Of a stretch of 26,235 nt of DNA, positions 1 to 10,735 are shown piece by piece (within the stretch, counting starts at the first letter, position 1; the number at the start of each line of letters is the position of its first letter). The stretch lies in assembly GCF_004010195.1 (NCBI RefSeq), contig NC_057719.1:16541929-16568163 (forward strand). The letters are read 5' to 3'. The translations under genes and the position numbers were made by a program. The notes below the pieces were generated by a model, which was given only the letters and a program-made list of their open reading frames with translations, did not search any database and was not told where the DNA came from. Origin of the DNA: Chiloscyllium plagiosum. Lineage: Eukaryota.

Positions 1-176
1 AGTTTACTCACTCACTTATTCCTCCTGTAGTCTGTACACTCAATTCTCCATCTTTTACTCTCCATTGTTCACTCCCCCAACCCCACCAACACATAACACT
101 TCCCATTTATAATCTGCAGTTGTGCCATTTCGTTGACATGCGTTGGAAGAACTGAGAGTCTACAGGATATCTCTTT

Positions 177-271
177 TGAGTTGAAACTTTATTGCTGGAA
201 CAGCACAGTAGGTCAGGCAGCATCCAGGGAACAGGAGATTCGACGTTTCGGGCACAGGCCCTTCTTCAGGA
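177..271 (-). mobile_element. Solo 3' terminal fragment (pLTR tail) of a Penelope-like retroelement with target-site duplication
   Basis: 179-271 matches 25318-25410 with one mismatch. It contains a hammerhead core and AATAAA on the minus strand. The direct repeat CAGGATATCTCTTT flanks it at 163-176 and 267-280. Confidence 0.9.
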
Positions 272-277
272 TATCTC
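235..277 (-). ncRNA. Minimal type-I hammerhead ribozyme motif (PLE type)
   Basis: Minus strand reads CTGAAGA-A-GGGC-ctgt-GCCC-GAA-ACGT-C|GAATCTC: conserved CUGANGA and GAAA boxes, 4-bp stem II, palindromic ACGU stem III, predicted GUC cleavage between 242 and 241. Confidence 0.75.
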
Positions 278-840
278 TTTGCTTTGTGAATAACCTGAAG
301 CCTCCATGCAGATTGTGGCTTGTATTACCTATCCTCTCGCTATAACCTTTTGGGGGTGGGGAACTTGCCACACTGAATGGTGACCTGGCCAGAAACTGAG
401 ACGTCTGGTCTTCTCTCCAGTTCCCGAAAGGGGTGGAATTGTAACCAGGGCCTAGACCATAAGGTGCTGTCCAACACAGCATCATGATCTGAAAAAGATC
501 TTGCCCCACTGCCTCATTGTGTGTACCTTCTTCCACTCTTACCTCACTGAGCTTGAGTGAATTGACTTGCTACTTGCATTCGGTGATAAACTGCATACCG
601 AGAATTTTCATTCCTTAATGGCAAGTTGATTGATCGTCATGTTTCTGAATGCCATTAGTTTGCTAAGGACCCAGACAGTGTGCTGTGATGACATTCGTTG
701 GAGACCAGATTGTTAATGATGACTGTGTTGGCATTGTGCCCATTTTCTTGAGCAATGCAAAATGTTAAGTGCCTGTGCAAATCACAACTGTTTTGCTGGG
801 TAAAAGGAACCACAGGCTTTTAAAGCAACGTGGCCATGTT

Positions 841-1070
841 ATTTCTGTGAAATTTATTTGGTTACATTCTAATCCTGAATTACTCACATTTTTACGGATT
901 TTGAGTCCCTTTTGAAGTGTGTGTACAACTGATTGGCAGTCTTTTGCCTTTGATTATTTGCGTGAAATCTGTATATTTGCATTTTAATCCTGAATTACTC
1001 ACATTTTTACGGATTTTGAGTCTCTTTTGAAGTGTGCGTACAACTGATTAGCAGCCTTTTACCTTCGACT
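841..1070. repeat. Tandem duplication, 2 x 115 bp
   Basis: AATCCTGAATTACTCACATTTTTACGGATTTTGAGTC occurs at 871 and 986, and GTGAAAT at 847 and 962, giving a constant period of 115. Confidence 0.9.
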
Positions 1071-1084
1071 GAAACGTAGAATGG

Positions 1085-1303
1085 TGAGGGTAGGTATGGA
1101 GAGGATGGTTTCTCTTCTGGGAGAATTGAGAACGAGGGGTCTTTTTTTTAATTAAGGGGGTGCCCGTTTGAAACAGATTAGGCAAAATATTTCCTTGGAG
1201 CTTTAAGAGTCTTTGCAATACTCTTCCAGAAAAGACACTGGAAGCAGTGTCTGTGAATAAGGCAAAAGTGGTTCAATTTATTAAGTAAGGGATTTTGAAT
1301 GAT
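1085..1303 (+). mobile_element. Old CR1-type LINE 3' fragment
   Basis: Resembles the CR1 ORF2 C-terminal region also present at 8280-8440 (e.g. GGGAGAATTGAGAACGAGGGG vs GGGGGAGTCTAGAACTAGAGGG); heavily diverged. Confidence 0.6.
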
Positions 1304-1304
1304 T

Positions 1305-1697
1305 AGAGTCGAAAAGTGTGAGGCTGGAAAAGCAGAGCAGGCCAAGCAGCACCAAGGAGCAGGAGCGTAGATGTTTCGAGCATAAGCTCTCTATCAGGAA
1401 TGTGGAAGGGGAGGGGAGAGCTGAGAGATAAATAGGGGGTGGGGGTGGGTAGGTGGGATGGCAATAGGTGGATACAGGTACGAGGTGATTGTGATAGGTT
1501 GGTGGGGAGGTAGATGGGCAAGTAGGCCAGGTCAAGAGGGCGGTGCCGAGTTGGAGGGTTGGATCTGAGATGAGGTGGTGGGGTGGGAAAATTTGGAAAC
1601 TTGTGAAATGAGCATTGACGTTGTGTGGTTGTAGTGTCCTGAGGCGAAAGACGAGGTGTTCTTCCTCCAGTCGTCGGGTGGCTTGGATTTGGCAGTG
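1305..1697 (-). mobile_element. 5'-truncated Penelope-like element (GIY-YIG C-terminus, pyrimidine-rich 3' UTR, decayed hammerhead)
   Basis: Translation HCQIQATRRLEEEHLVFRLRTLQPHNVNAHFTSF aligns with HRQTTTTRRSEEERLIFRLGTLQPKGMNLDFTSF of the element at 25588-25992. A decayed ribozyme TTCCTGATAGAGAGCttatGCTCGAAACATC lies at about 1366-1401. Confidence 0.85.
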
Positions 1698-2725
1698 TCG
1701 ATATATGACCACCACACCGGTGTCCTTCAAAGCAAATGAAATGTGTCCTGGCAATGGTATCCCACCAGAAAAAAAACTTTTAAGTGATTATTTGTCTATT
1801 GGTCGTGTGTGTGTGAGATCTTGTTTTAAGTACAATAACTGACAGGGCTGTTGACATATCACTGTGCATGCAAATAACTCCAGAGCTTTGAAATGTTTCC
1901 AAGGGATGTGAGCGATTGATAACTTTCTGTTTTAAATTAGACCGAGAAACTCGCTGTGCGGATTCACAACAAGCAGTCCATGTTGAAAAATCACAACTCT
2001 TACAACATACTGCATTTGTGAATATGCATATTTTTCTGCTTTTGGATCAGACCTAGTCAGAACTGATTTCTTTTTTTCTCAATTCCACTTTCATCCCTCT
2101 CGCACAAGCACATCCTTTTCTGTTAATGACATTGAGTCCACACTGGTCAATCCTTCCATGGACATTGGTCAACCATCACCATGAAAATTCCTCATTTGTT
2201 ATCAGGCATGGTAGTTTTGATGCTGGAGGGTAATTCGGCATATCTTCACCCAAATGATACCCAAACAGGCACATCTTCCAAGAGTGGCTTTCATCTAGCG
2301 GTTAGGAATGTTCCTTTTATAAGGAGCATGGAGTCCAGTAATAGGTTTGTTAATCTACTTGGAAAAACCTGGCAGTTATCATTGATAGAAAAGCATGTAA
2401 CGTTTTAAATCAGACTGATCACAATATCAGGATGCACAAAAGTGTTTAACAGACAATTAAGTAATTTTGGTATGTAGTAACTGAAATTGGCATGTTTTTG
2501 TAACATAGGTACAACTATTCCTGTTTGCATTGAGCCATGCTGAGTCAAATCAATTTAAAGTGCTAACCTCTGAACAAATGTAGTGGATTAATTGGTTGAA
2601 GGATATGGATTCACATTTGAGAATCAAGAAACCTGATCTTTCACTTATGCCCAAATAAATGTATTTTATGCCAAATAGACTTTGTATCAGGAATGTCATT
2701 TTAAGAAATAGTTACATTTTTTCAA

Positions 2726-2800
2726 TTCACTTTGAGGCGTGGGCATCGTGCACATTTTATTGCCTGTCCCTAGTTGCCCTTGAAAAGGTGGTGGTGAGCT
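2726..2800 (-). mobile_element. 3' tail fragment of the CR1/L2-like LINE family seen at 11100-11980
   Basis: TGTCCCTAGTTGCCCTTGAAAAGG matches TGTCCCTAGTTGCCCCTGAGAAAG at about 11146. Confidence 0.65.
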
Positions 2801-2929
2801 ATTTCAATGAAATAGTCATTCAAATGTTTCCATACTTGTAAACATGGTCAGCAATGAACAGCATTTTAAACAGAAGTATACTGAAGTGATTCCTGTTACT
2901 TTATCGACAAATGAGGATGGTGTCACATG

Positions 2930-3224
2930 AGATTCCCTACAGTATGGAAACAGGCCCTTCGGCCCAATAAGTCCACACCGACCCTTCAAAGAGTAACCCA
3001 CCCAGACCCATTTCCCTCTAATGCACCTAACACTATGGGAATTTACCATGGCCAGTTCATCTGATCTGCACATCTTTGGACTGTGGGAGGAAACCAGAGC
3101 CTCCGGAGGAAACCCACCGGGGAATGTACAAACTCTACACAGACAGTCGCCCAAGGCTGGGATCTAACCTGGGTCCCTGGCGCTGTGAGGTGGCAGTGCT
3201 AACCACTGGGCCACCGTGCCATCC
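2930..3224 (-). mobile_element. HE1-family tRNA-derived SINE (V-SINE), full length
   Basis: tRNA-like head, central core (reverse complement of GGTTTCCTCCCACAGTCCAAAGATGTGC) and CR1-like tail GGGCCTGTTTCCATACTGTAGGGAATCT. Confidence 0.92.
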
Positions 3225-3304
3225 CTCCAACCTATTGACAGATCTACTGGAGTCCTCAAAGATATTGATCTCAGTCTTGATTAATTTAATTGGTGGATCA
3301 TCCA

Positions 3305-3354
3305 CAATCAGAATGGTGTTGCCTCCCTGGTACCAGGATCAAGGATATCTCAGA
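3305..3354 (+). mobile_element. Isolated ~50-bp internal CR1 ORF1 (esterase) fragment
   Basis: AATCAGAATGGTGTTGCCTCCCTGGTACCAGGATCAAGGATATCTCAGAG aligns to AATCAGAATGGTGTGTTGCTTCCCTGGTGCCAGGATCAAAGATGTATCAGAG at about 6094-6145. Confidence 0.75.
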
Positions 3355-3460
3355 GATTAGATTAGATTCTCTAGAGTGTGGAAACAGGCCCCCTGGCCCA
3401 ACAAGTCCACACCAACCCTCCGGAGCGCAACCCACCCAGACACACCTCCCTCTGACTAAT
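3354..3460 (-). mobile_element. 5'-truncated HE1 SINE (3' tail only)
   Basis: (GATTA)n microsatellite followed by GTGTGGAAACAGGCC...CAACAAGTCCACAC, as in the copies at 15190 and 22173. Confidence 0.85.
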
Positions 3461-3756
3461 TTGAATAATGTCAATCAGAAATAGGTGTTGAGTGTCTGAA
3501 TCCCTGTCAGAAGAGAATTTTTCTTCCTGATTTCTGCCCCCACTGCTCCTGTTTCAAGATGCAGTGACTGCCTTCTTAAAGGGTGTGTTTAAGGGTGTGT
3601 GGATGATGAGATTGAGTTTGGCTTCTATGGTTTCATAGACCACAGAGACACATAGTCTGGGCTCTAACCTGAAATATACCGCTTGTGCAATAAATAGGAG
3701 ACGAATGTTTGTGTAATATTTATCATCTAGTTTCTCTTCCAAAAGCATCAATGCTA

Positions 3757-3957
3757 TCAGAGAATCCAGTAGAACAGAATGGTGGCCATTTGGCTTCTCG
3801 TTGTTTTGGCTTTTTGAAAAAAATATCCAACTCGGCATAGTCTTCGTTGTTTTCCCATAACCATGTAATGTTTACCATTTTAAGCATTCATCCAATTCCC
3901 TAATGGAAAGTTACTGTAGAAACTGCTTTTACCACCCTTTCAGGCAGTACATTCCTG
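3757..3957 (-). mobile_element. Old CR1-type LINE 3' fragment
   Basis: Reverse complement resembles the diverged CR1 tails at 14780-14977 and 24733-25140 (GGAATGTACTGCCTGAAAGGGTGG...ATGGCCACCATTCTGTTCTA). Confidence 0.6.
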
Positions 3958-4175
3958 AGTGGAAAATAGAGTAGCTTAGTAGTTAGCACGCTGCCTCAGA
4001 GCGTCAGGGACCCAGGTTTAATTCCACCCTTGGGACAATTGTCTGTGTGGAGTTTGCATATTCTCCCGTGTCTGCGTAGGTTTTTTCTGGGTGCTCTGGT
4101 TTCCTCCCACAGTCCAAAGATGTGCAGGTTAGGTAGATTGGCCGCGCTAAATTGACCATAGTCTCCAGGGATCAC

Positions 4176-4810
4176 CATAGAATCCTACAGTGTGGAGGCA
4201 GGCCATTCAGCCCATCTGGTCCACACCAACCCTCCAGAAAGCGGCACGGTGTCACAGTGGTTAGCACTGTTGCCTCACAGCGCCAGAGACCCGGGTTCAC
4301 TTCCCGCCTCAGGCGACTGACCATGCGGAGTTTGCACGTTCTCCCTGTGTCTGCGTGGGTTTCCTCCGGGTGCTCCGGTTTCCTCCCACAGTCCAAAGAT
4401 GTGCAGGTCAGGTGAATTGGCCATGCTAAATTGCCCGTAGTGTTATGTATAGTGGTAAATGTAGGGGTATGGGTGGGTTGTGCTTCGGCGGGTCGGTGTG
4501 GACTTGTTGGGCCGAAGGGCCTGTTTCCACACTGTAATGTAATCTAAAAAGCATCCCACCCCCACCCTCTCCCTTTAACCCTGCATTTCTTGTGGCTAAT
4601 CCACCTAGCAGGACATCCCTGGCCACTATGGGCAATTTGGCATGGCCAATCCACCTAACCTGCACATCTTTGGACTGTGGGAGGAAACGGAACTACTCAG
4701 AGGAAACCCACACAGACACAGGAAGATCGTGCAAATTCCACACCATCACCCGGGGGTGGGATTGAACCTGGGATTGAGGCAGCAGTGCTAACCACTGAGC
4801 TACCATGTCG
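4176..4810 (-). mobile_element. HE1-like SINE (long variant), itself interrupted at 4241-4546
   Basis: Tail at 4176-4242 (CATAGAATCCTACAGTGTGGAGGCAGGCC). Body and head continue 4548-4810, ending CAGCAGTGCTAACCACTGAGCTACCATG. Confidence 0.85.
4241..4546 (+). mobile_element. HE1 SINE (short, young variant), full length
   Basis: GCGGCACGGTGTCACAGTGGTTAGCAC head, B-box GGTTCACTTCC, CpG-rich core, tail CTGTAATGTAATCTA; AAAGC is repeated at 4238-4242 and 4548-4552. Confidence 0.93.
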
Positions 4811-5821
4811 ACTAGGTGGGTGAGACATCGTAAGTGCTGGAGTACGGGGATATTGTGGGACCCTGGGTCTGGGTGGGACGCTCTTTGGAGGATGTGGTCT
4901 TGATGGGTCAATTGGCCTGTTTCCACACTGTGAGGATTCTAACTCGCTGTGTTTTGGTGTCTGGAGAGAGGGGAGAAATTCTCATCCTCTGTTTCTTTTG
5001 CATCCTGACAGATTCAGACATCTTAAATCTGTCTCCACTGGGTTGCTGGCCTCTCAGTGCAAGCAATCAGAAATGTCATCATTTTGAGCATCATTCTCAA
5101 ATCTCCCTTTTAATTTTCCCTGAAACTCAGGTCAGATTTCAAGCCAAATTTATCAAAACAGCCAATAGCATAACAGACTCTAGGACAAGCTGTCCCAGGA
5201 ACTTAATTGGAAACTGGGCCCCTTAAATTTAATAAACCAACTGAACATTTGCTTGCCCTTTTTTTTTCTCCGTGGCTGCATTCAAACAAACTGTCCTTTT
5301 GTTTCAAGATGTCATCACAGCTGGTGGCTGACCAGTGGCTGTCATTTTCTGGCTGACAGCTTCAAGACCGGTGGGAGGGAGAGAAGGGAAAAGAGAATTG
5401 GTCAGGTCATTCTTTAGACGGGTAAGCACTTTCTTTTACATCAGGGGAGGATTATACAAGACTTGAGCCCTTGCATCAAGTTTGCCAACTGTTTGAAGAA
5501 TCTAATCTCTGGCAATCTCATTTTGATGCTTTATGATTCACTCCTTAAATTGATGTGAATGCTCATCCTTTGCAGAAATGTTTTTCTCAATGTAAAGAAA
5601 CTTTCATGCCCTCCCTTTGCCGCAGCCTTTCTTAATTCCCAGGCTTACTCATGAATTTCCCATGTGTTTGCTATCACATTTGGAGAGACCCTTCACTCGG
5701 TTTAAAGATTTTGTGCCCCAGGGCAAACCTTGCTTTACCACCAGGAGCTTTCCCAAGCCTTTTCTGTCTTTTCACATCGCACTGGTTTTGTAGATGAGCC
5801 CGCTTCAAGGAGAGGGAAAAG

Positions 5822-6511
5822 TTGCAGATACAGTCACAGAGATACAGTCACTCCAGGAAAGTTAAGAGAGGTAGGCAGGTAGTGCAGGAGTCTTATGTGG
5901 CTATCCCTGTTTCAAACAAGTATGCTGTTTTGGAAAATGTAGGGGGTGATGGATTCTCAGGGGAACATAGCATGAACAGCCAACTTCCTGGCTGTAATGC
6001 AATGAGGGGTACATCGGGTTCCAAGAGATCGATTGTGTTCGGGGACTCTCTAGTCTGAGTCACAGACAGACGTTTCTGTGGCCCGCAGCAAAAAATCAGA
6101 ATGGTGTGTTGCTTCCCTGGTGCCAGGATCAAAGATGTATCAGAGGATGCAGAATGTTCTCGAGGGGGAGAGGGGCCAGCAGGACGTCATTGTACACACT
6201 GGAACCAATGACATAGGAAGGGAAAAGGTTGAGATTCTGAAGGGAGATTACAGAGAGTTAGGCGGGAATTTAAAAATAGTAATATCTGAATTGCTCCCGG
6301 TGCTACGAGTAAGGGCAGGAATAGGAGGATAGAGCAGATGAATGCATGGCTGAGGAGCTGGTGTATGGGAGAAGATTCACATTTTTGGATCATTGGAATC
6401 TCTTTTGGGGTAGAAGTGACCTGTACAAGAAGGACAGATTGCACCGAAATTGGAAGGTGACTAATATATGGCAGGGAAATTTGCTAGAGCTGCTCGGGAG
6501 GATTTAAACTG
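5822..6511 (+). pseudogene. CR1 ORF1 SGNH/GDSL esterase domain, disrupted
   Basis: IVFGDSLV* (stop at 6056-6058), VCCFPGARIKDV, frameshift, VIVHTGTNDIG, IVISELLPV, LYKKDRLH: the GDS, G, GxND and DxxH blocks. Confidence 0.88.
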
Positions 6512-6669
6512 ATAAGGTGGAGAGGGGGGCGGGGTGGGGAGAGAAAGAGAGAGAGAGAGTGGGTGGGCAGGGAGATAGCAAGGAAAGAGATCAATCTGAG
6601 ACTGGTAAAAGAAGTGAGTCAAACAGTCAGGGCAGGCAGGGACAAAGCAGAGATCAAGGTAGGACTGAT

Positions 6670-8450
6670 AAATTAAACTGGATTTATTTCAATGCAAGGG
6701 GCCTAACAGAGAAGGCAGATGAACTCTGGGCATGGTTAGGAACATGGGACTGGGATATCATAGCAATTAGAGACATGGCTCAGGGATGGGCAACTTAATG
6801 TTCCAGGATACAACTGCCACAGAAGGATAGAAAGGGAGGCAAGAGAGGAGGGNNNNNNNNNNNNNNNNNNNNNNNNNNNNNNNNNNNNNNNNNNNNNNNN
6901 NNNNNNNNNNNNNNNNNNNNNNNNNNNNNNNNNNNNNNNNNNNNNNNNNNNNNNNNNNNNNNNNNNNNNNNNNNNNNNNNNNNNNNNNNNNNNNNNNNNN
7001 NNNNNNNNNNNNNNNNNNNNNNNNNNNNNNNNNNNNNNNNNNNNNNNNNNNNNNNNNNNNNNNNNNNNNNNNNNNNNNNNNNNNNNNNNNNNNNNNNNNN
7101 NNNNNNNNNNNNNNNNNNNNNNNNNNNNNNNNNNNNNNNNNNNNNNNNNNNNNNNNNNNNNNNNNNNNNNNNNNNNNNNNNNNNNNNNNNNNNNNNNNNN
7201 NNNNNNNNNNTAGGCAAGAACTTTCGAAAGCTGATTGGAGGCAGATGTTCGCAGGTAAAGGGACGGCTGGAAAATGGGAAGCCTTCAGAAATGAGATAAC
7301 AAGAATCCAGAGAAAGTATATTCCTGTCAGGGTGAAAGGGAAGGCTGGTAGGTATAGGGAATGCTGGATGACTAAAGACGTTGAGGGTTTGGTTAAGAAA
7401 AAGAAGGAAGCATATGTCAGGTATAGACAGGAAAGATCGAGTGGATCCTTGGAGTATAAAGGCAGTAGGAGTATACTTAAGAGGGAAATCAGAAGGACAA
7501 AAATGGGACATGAGATAGCTTTGGCAAATACAGTTAAGGAGAATCCAAAGGATTTTTACAAATACGCTAAGGACAAAAGGGTAACGAGGGAGAGAATAGG
7601 CCCCCTCAAAGATCAGCAAGGCGGCCTTTGTGTGGAGCCACAGGACATGGGGGTGATACTAAATGAGTATTTTGCATCAGTGTTTACTGAGGAAAATGAC
7701 ATGGAAAATATAGAATGTAGGGAAATAGATGGTGACATCTTGAAAAATGTCCATCTTACAGAGGAGGAAGTGCTGGATGTCTTGAAATGCATAAAGGTGT
7801 ATAAATCCCCAGGACCTGATCAGGTAAAGCCTAGAATTTTGTGGGATGCAAAGGAAGTGATTGCTGGGCCTCTTGCTGAGATATTTGTATCAACGATAGT
7901 CATAGGTGAGGCGCCGGAAGATTGGAGGTTGGAAAACGTGGTGCCACTGTTTAAGAAGGGCAGTAAAGACAAGCCAGGGAACTATAGACCAGTGAGCCTG
8001 ATGTCAGTGGTGGGCAAGTTGTTGGAGGGAATCCTGAGGGACAGGACTGATTAGGGATAGTCAACATGGCTTTGTGCATGGGAAATCATGTCTCACAAAC
8101 TTGATTGAGCTTTTTAAAGAAGTTACAAAGAGGATTGATGAAGGCAGAGTGGTAGATGTGATCTGAATGGACTTCAGTAAAGCGTTTGACAAGGTTCCCC
8201 ATGGGACACTGGTTAGCAAGGCTGAACAGGCTGAGGCTGTTTTCTCTGGAGTGTTGGAGGCTGAGGGGTGACCTTATAGAGGTTTATAAAATCATGAGGA
8301 GCATGCATAGGATAAATAGACAAAGTTTTTTTCCCTGGAGTGGGGGAGTCTAGAACTAGAGGGCATAGGTTTCGGGTGAGAGGGAAAAGATATAAAAGAG
8401 TCCTACGGGGCAACTTTTTCACGCAGAAGGTTGTAAGTGGAATGACCTTA
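6670..8450 (+). pseudogene. CR1 ORF2 (APE endonuclease + reverse transcriptase) remnant
   Basis: IYFNARGLTEKADEL..WDIIAI..ETW (APE); the 269-aa ORF at 7245-8054 covers the tether and RT N-terminus. It has frameshifts and stops, and jumps from LVSK to LNRLRLFSLE at about 8220, losing the RT core. Confidence 0.9.
6853..7210. other. Assembly gap (358 N)
   Basis: Run of N inside CR1 ORF2; both flanks are collinear CR1 sequence. Confidence 1.
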
Positions 8451-9021
8451 TATGAATGGGTATATGAATAGGAAAGGTTTGGGGGGATAGGAGCTGGGTG
8501 CTGGCAGGTGGGACTAGATTGGATTGGGATATCTGGTCGGCATGGATGGGTTGGACTGAAGGGTCTGTTTCCATGCTGTACATCTCTATGACTCTATGAC
8601 CCTGAGTGAATGGTCTATTCTGGTTCCTTGTACATATGTCCAATTTCCAGATGTTGTGGAGTATACAAACACAAGTTGTTTATCCAGCCCTACAAACCTG
8701 CGCACAATCTGTGCAGATCAGATGTATCACCTATGTTTCAGACTGATATCCATTTATTGAATTCGGCAGCAAAAGGCATTCAGAGATTTCCAAGAGTTTC
8801 ATTATAAATCTTCCATTTAACGCAAACAGTACCTGCCATCTTTCCCTGTCCAGACACTCCCACCATGTACAAATCACATCTGCCTCAAATGTGTCATCGT
8901 GTGTCTGAATAGGTGATTTTTTAAAAAACAACACATGAATGTGGGCAGGTATCAGTTATCACTGTTCAATCTGGATCCTGTTCCAAACTCTGCACAGACT
9001 TTTCTTAGCCAGGTCACTGAA

Positions 9022-9183
9022 TATAGAGTCACTTATAGAGTCAGTATCATACAGCATGGAAACAGACCCTTCGGTCCAACCAGTCCATGCTTAACATGTT
9101 CCCAAACTAAACTAAACTAAACTAGTCCCACCTGTCTCCGCTTGGCCCACAACCCTCCAAACCTTTCCAATTCATGAACTTAT
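9022..9183 (-). mobile_element. CR1 LINE 3' tail fragment
   Basis: ACAGCATGGAAACAGACCCTTCGGTCCAACC is, with one mismatch, the reverse complement of about 8549-8579. It includes an (AAACT)4 expansion and CTAGTCCCACCTG. Confidence 0.85.
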
Positions 9184-9679
9184 GAGGAAGGGCTGGGAGC
9201 CTTGTCTGGGTTTTCTTAGCCTCCTCCGCAAATTGCTTTGAAATAGTTGGTTAAATTGGAATATACCAAGGACTGTCCTCCTCTCAGCGACTTGGTACTG
9301 TGATGGATGGTACACTTGCTTACTCAGTCAGCACGGGAGTCATTGACAATTCTTTACTGAGCATTATTGTGCTGCCTACTGTTGCTGGAAGGTACTGTTT
9401 GTGTGCAGTACAGGTTATGAGTATCTGAATCCCAGCTGGAAAAACCAACTTGGGCTTGAAAAAGAGTTTCTAAGCAACGGCCAAAGATGAGTTGCTACTG
9501 GGTAGCATGACCCGACAGCCATTTAGCAGATCATGGGGCTGTTCACAGCTGTATCTAGCTGGCTACTGTTCCAATCAGGATTTCGTGAAAGGATCTGAGA
9601 CCGCCTAACAGATTGTGGCATGAGTGCAAAGGGCGACACCTCTTGTTGATCGTGTCTTGCCGCACTCTAGAATTTTCAG

Positions 9680-9900
9680 ATTTTAGGTTATATTGTCTCA
9701 TGCACTCAAGTACAGAAGTGCAGGAGTACAGTGAAAAGTTAATAATTTTGCCACACATGGCACCATCGTAAGTACCAAGGTACCTAGATACCAAAAAACG
9801 TACAAGGTAGGAAGAGAAATAAGAGTTAAAAAGTTAAACATTCATGGAATAGGAGAAAAATAAAGAAATAAGTAATGGATTAAATTAAAGTTTTTCATAG
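9680..9900. repeat. Probable unclassified interspersed repeat
   Basis: TATTGTCTCATGCACTCAAGTACAG...GGAGTACAGTGAAAAGTT resembles the antisense of LINE-type tails, followed by A-rich quasi-repeats. Family not identified. Confidence 0.35.
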
Positions 9901-10735
9901 TTCAAACTAGAAAAATAAAGGAGTAAGTTAAGATTTCAACAGTCTTTGACAAGGATGACCTTTTGTCACCACCATCACTTACACTGACGTTATCCATTTT
10001 CACCCAACACAAATAGTCCTGATATCTTCCAGACTGAATCATAATTCTGTAATTCTTCCTCTTTTATCCCTGGATGTGATCTGACCATTTTGAATCCCGT
10101 CATCTGATGTGAAACCAGAGCATCTTATACAACAAATTGCAATTGTCCAGGATCTTTATTGGAGAATGTTGTTAACACTGCTCACAGGAATAAAATTGGG
10201 TTAAGATTTAACACTGAGCCAAAGGTGACCAAAAGTCCTTCATAATCTGAGGTCATTTATCTAGAACTATTACATATGGATTTTAAAAATTATGAATTTT
10301 TTTAATGTGCCTTGTGTGGCACCGTTGAGTTATGCAAGTGAAGGAAACCTCTGGGCCTTGTGAAAGCATGGGCTAAGTCCAAACACAGCAATGACCATAA
10401 AACCAGCTACTGTTGAGACTGAAAAACAAATGTTCCTTAATATATTTGATGAGGGAAGCTTGCCATTTTAGGTGACCTGGCCAAACCTGCATTGTGCATT
10501 TGATTGTTAATCTTCCTCATAAGGTGGGATCAAGGGTAACATATTCCTATTCTGAGATGGCTGATGACTCCGAAAGCTTATGTACGGACCCTGCTACAGT
10601 TAATGTGTGCGCGATCAGGCAGATGACTTGCTCACAGGTTTGTGTGCTGTCTGAAATGGACCGGCCAGCCACTTGGGTTCAGATAATTCTTCAGATGAAA
10701 GTGGCCCACCATCACTTGCACGCAGAAGTTAGAAT

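Larger units (their letters stand above)
3970..4941 (+). mobile_element. HE1-like SINE (long variant) split into 3970-4172 and 4812-4941 by nested insertions
   Basis: The 5' half carries head and core up to AAATTGACCATAGTCTCCAGGGAT. The 3' half resumes CTAGGTGGGT...GGGTCTGGGTGGGA...GGCCTGTTTCCACACTGTGAGGATTCTA. Confidence 0.8.
5790..8600 (+). mobile_element. Decayed CR1 LINE with ORF1 and internally deleted ORF2
   Basis: Esterase ORF1 motifs, APE N-terminus, RT N-terminal motifs (KSPGPD, WRLENVVPLFKKG, PGNYRPVSL, QHGFVHGKSCLTNL, DFSKAFDKVPH), C-terminal SRTRGH and a (CTCTATGA)2 tail. Confidence 0.95.

Noticed and set aside
5290..5427. Possible exon ending at GG|GTAAGC
   Set aside because: An isolated donor-like motif with no recognisable coding frame.
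6795..7619. 274-aa minus-strand ORF
   Set aside because: Artefact spanning the N gap, antisense to CR1 ORF2.
10555..10585. CTGATGA-CTCC-GAAAGCTT resembling a hammerhead core
   Set aside because: No stem II can form from CTCC, and the flanks (ATGG / ATGT) do not pair as stem I; chance match.
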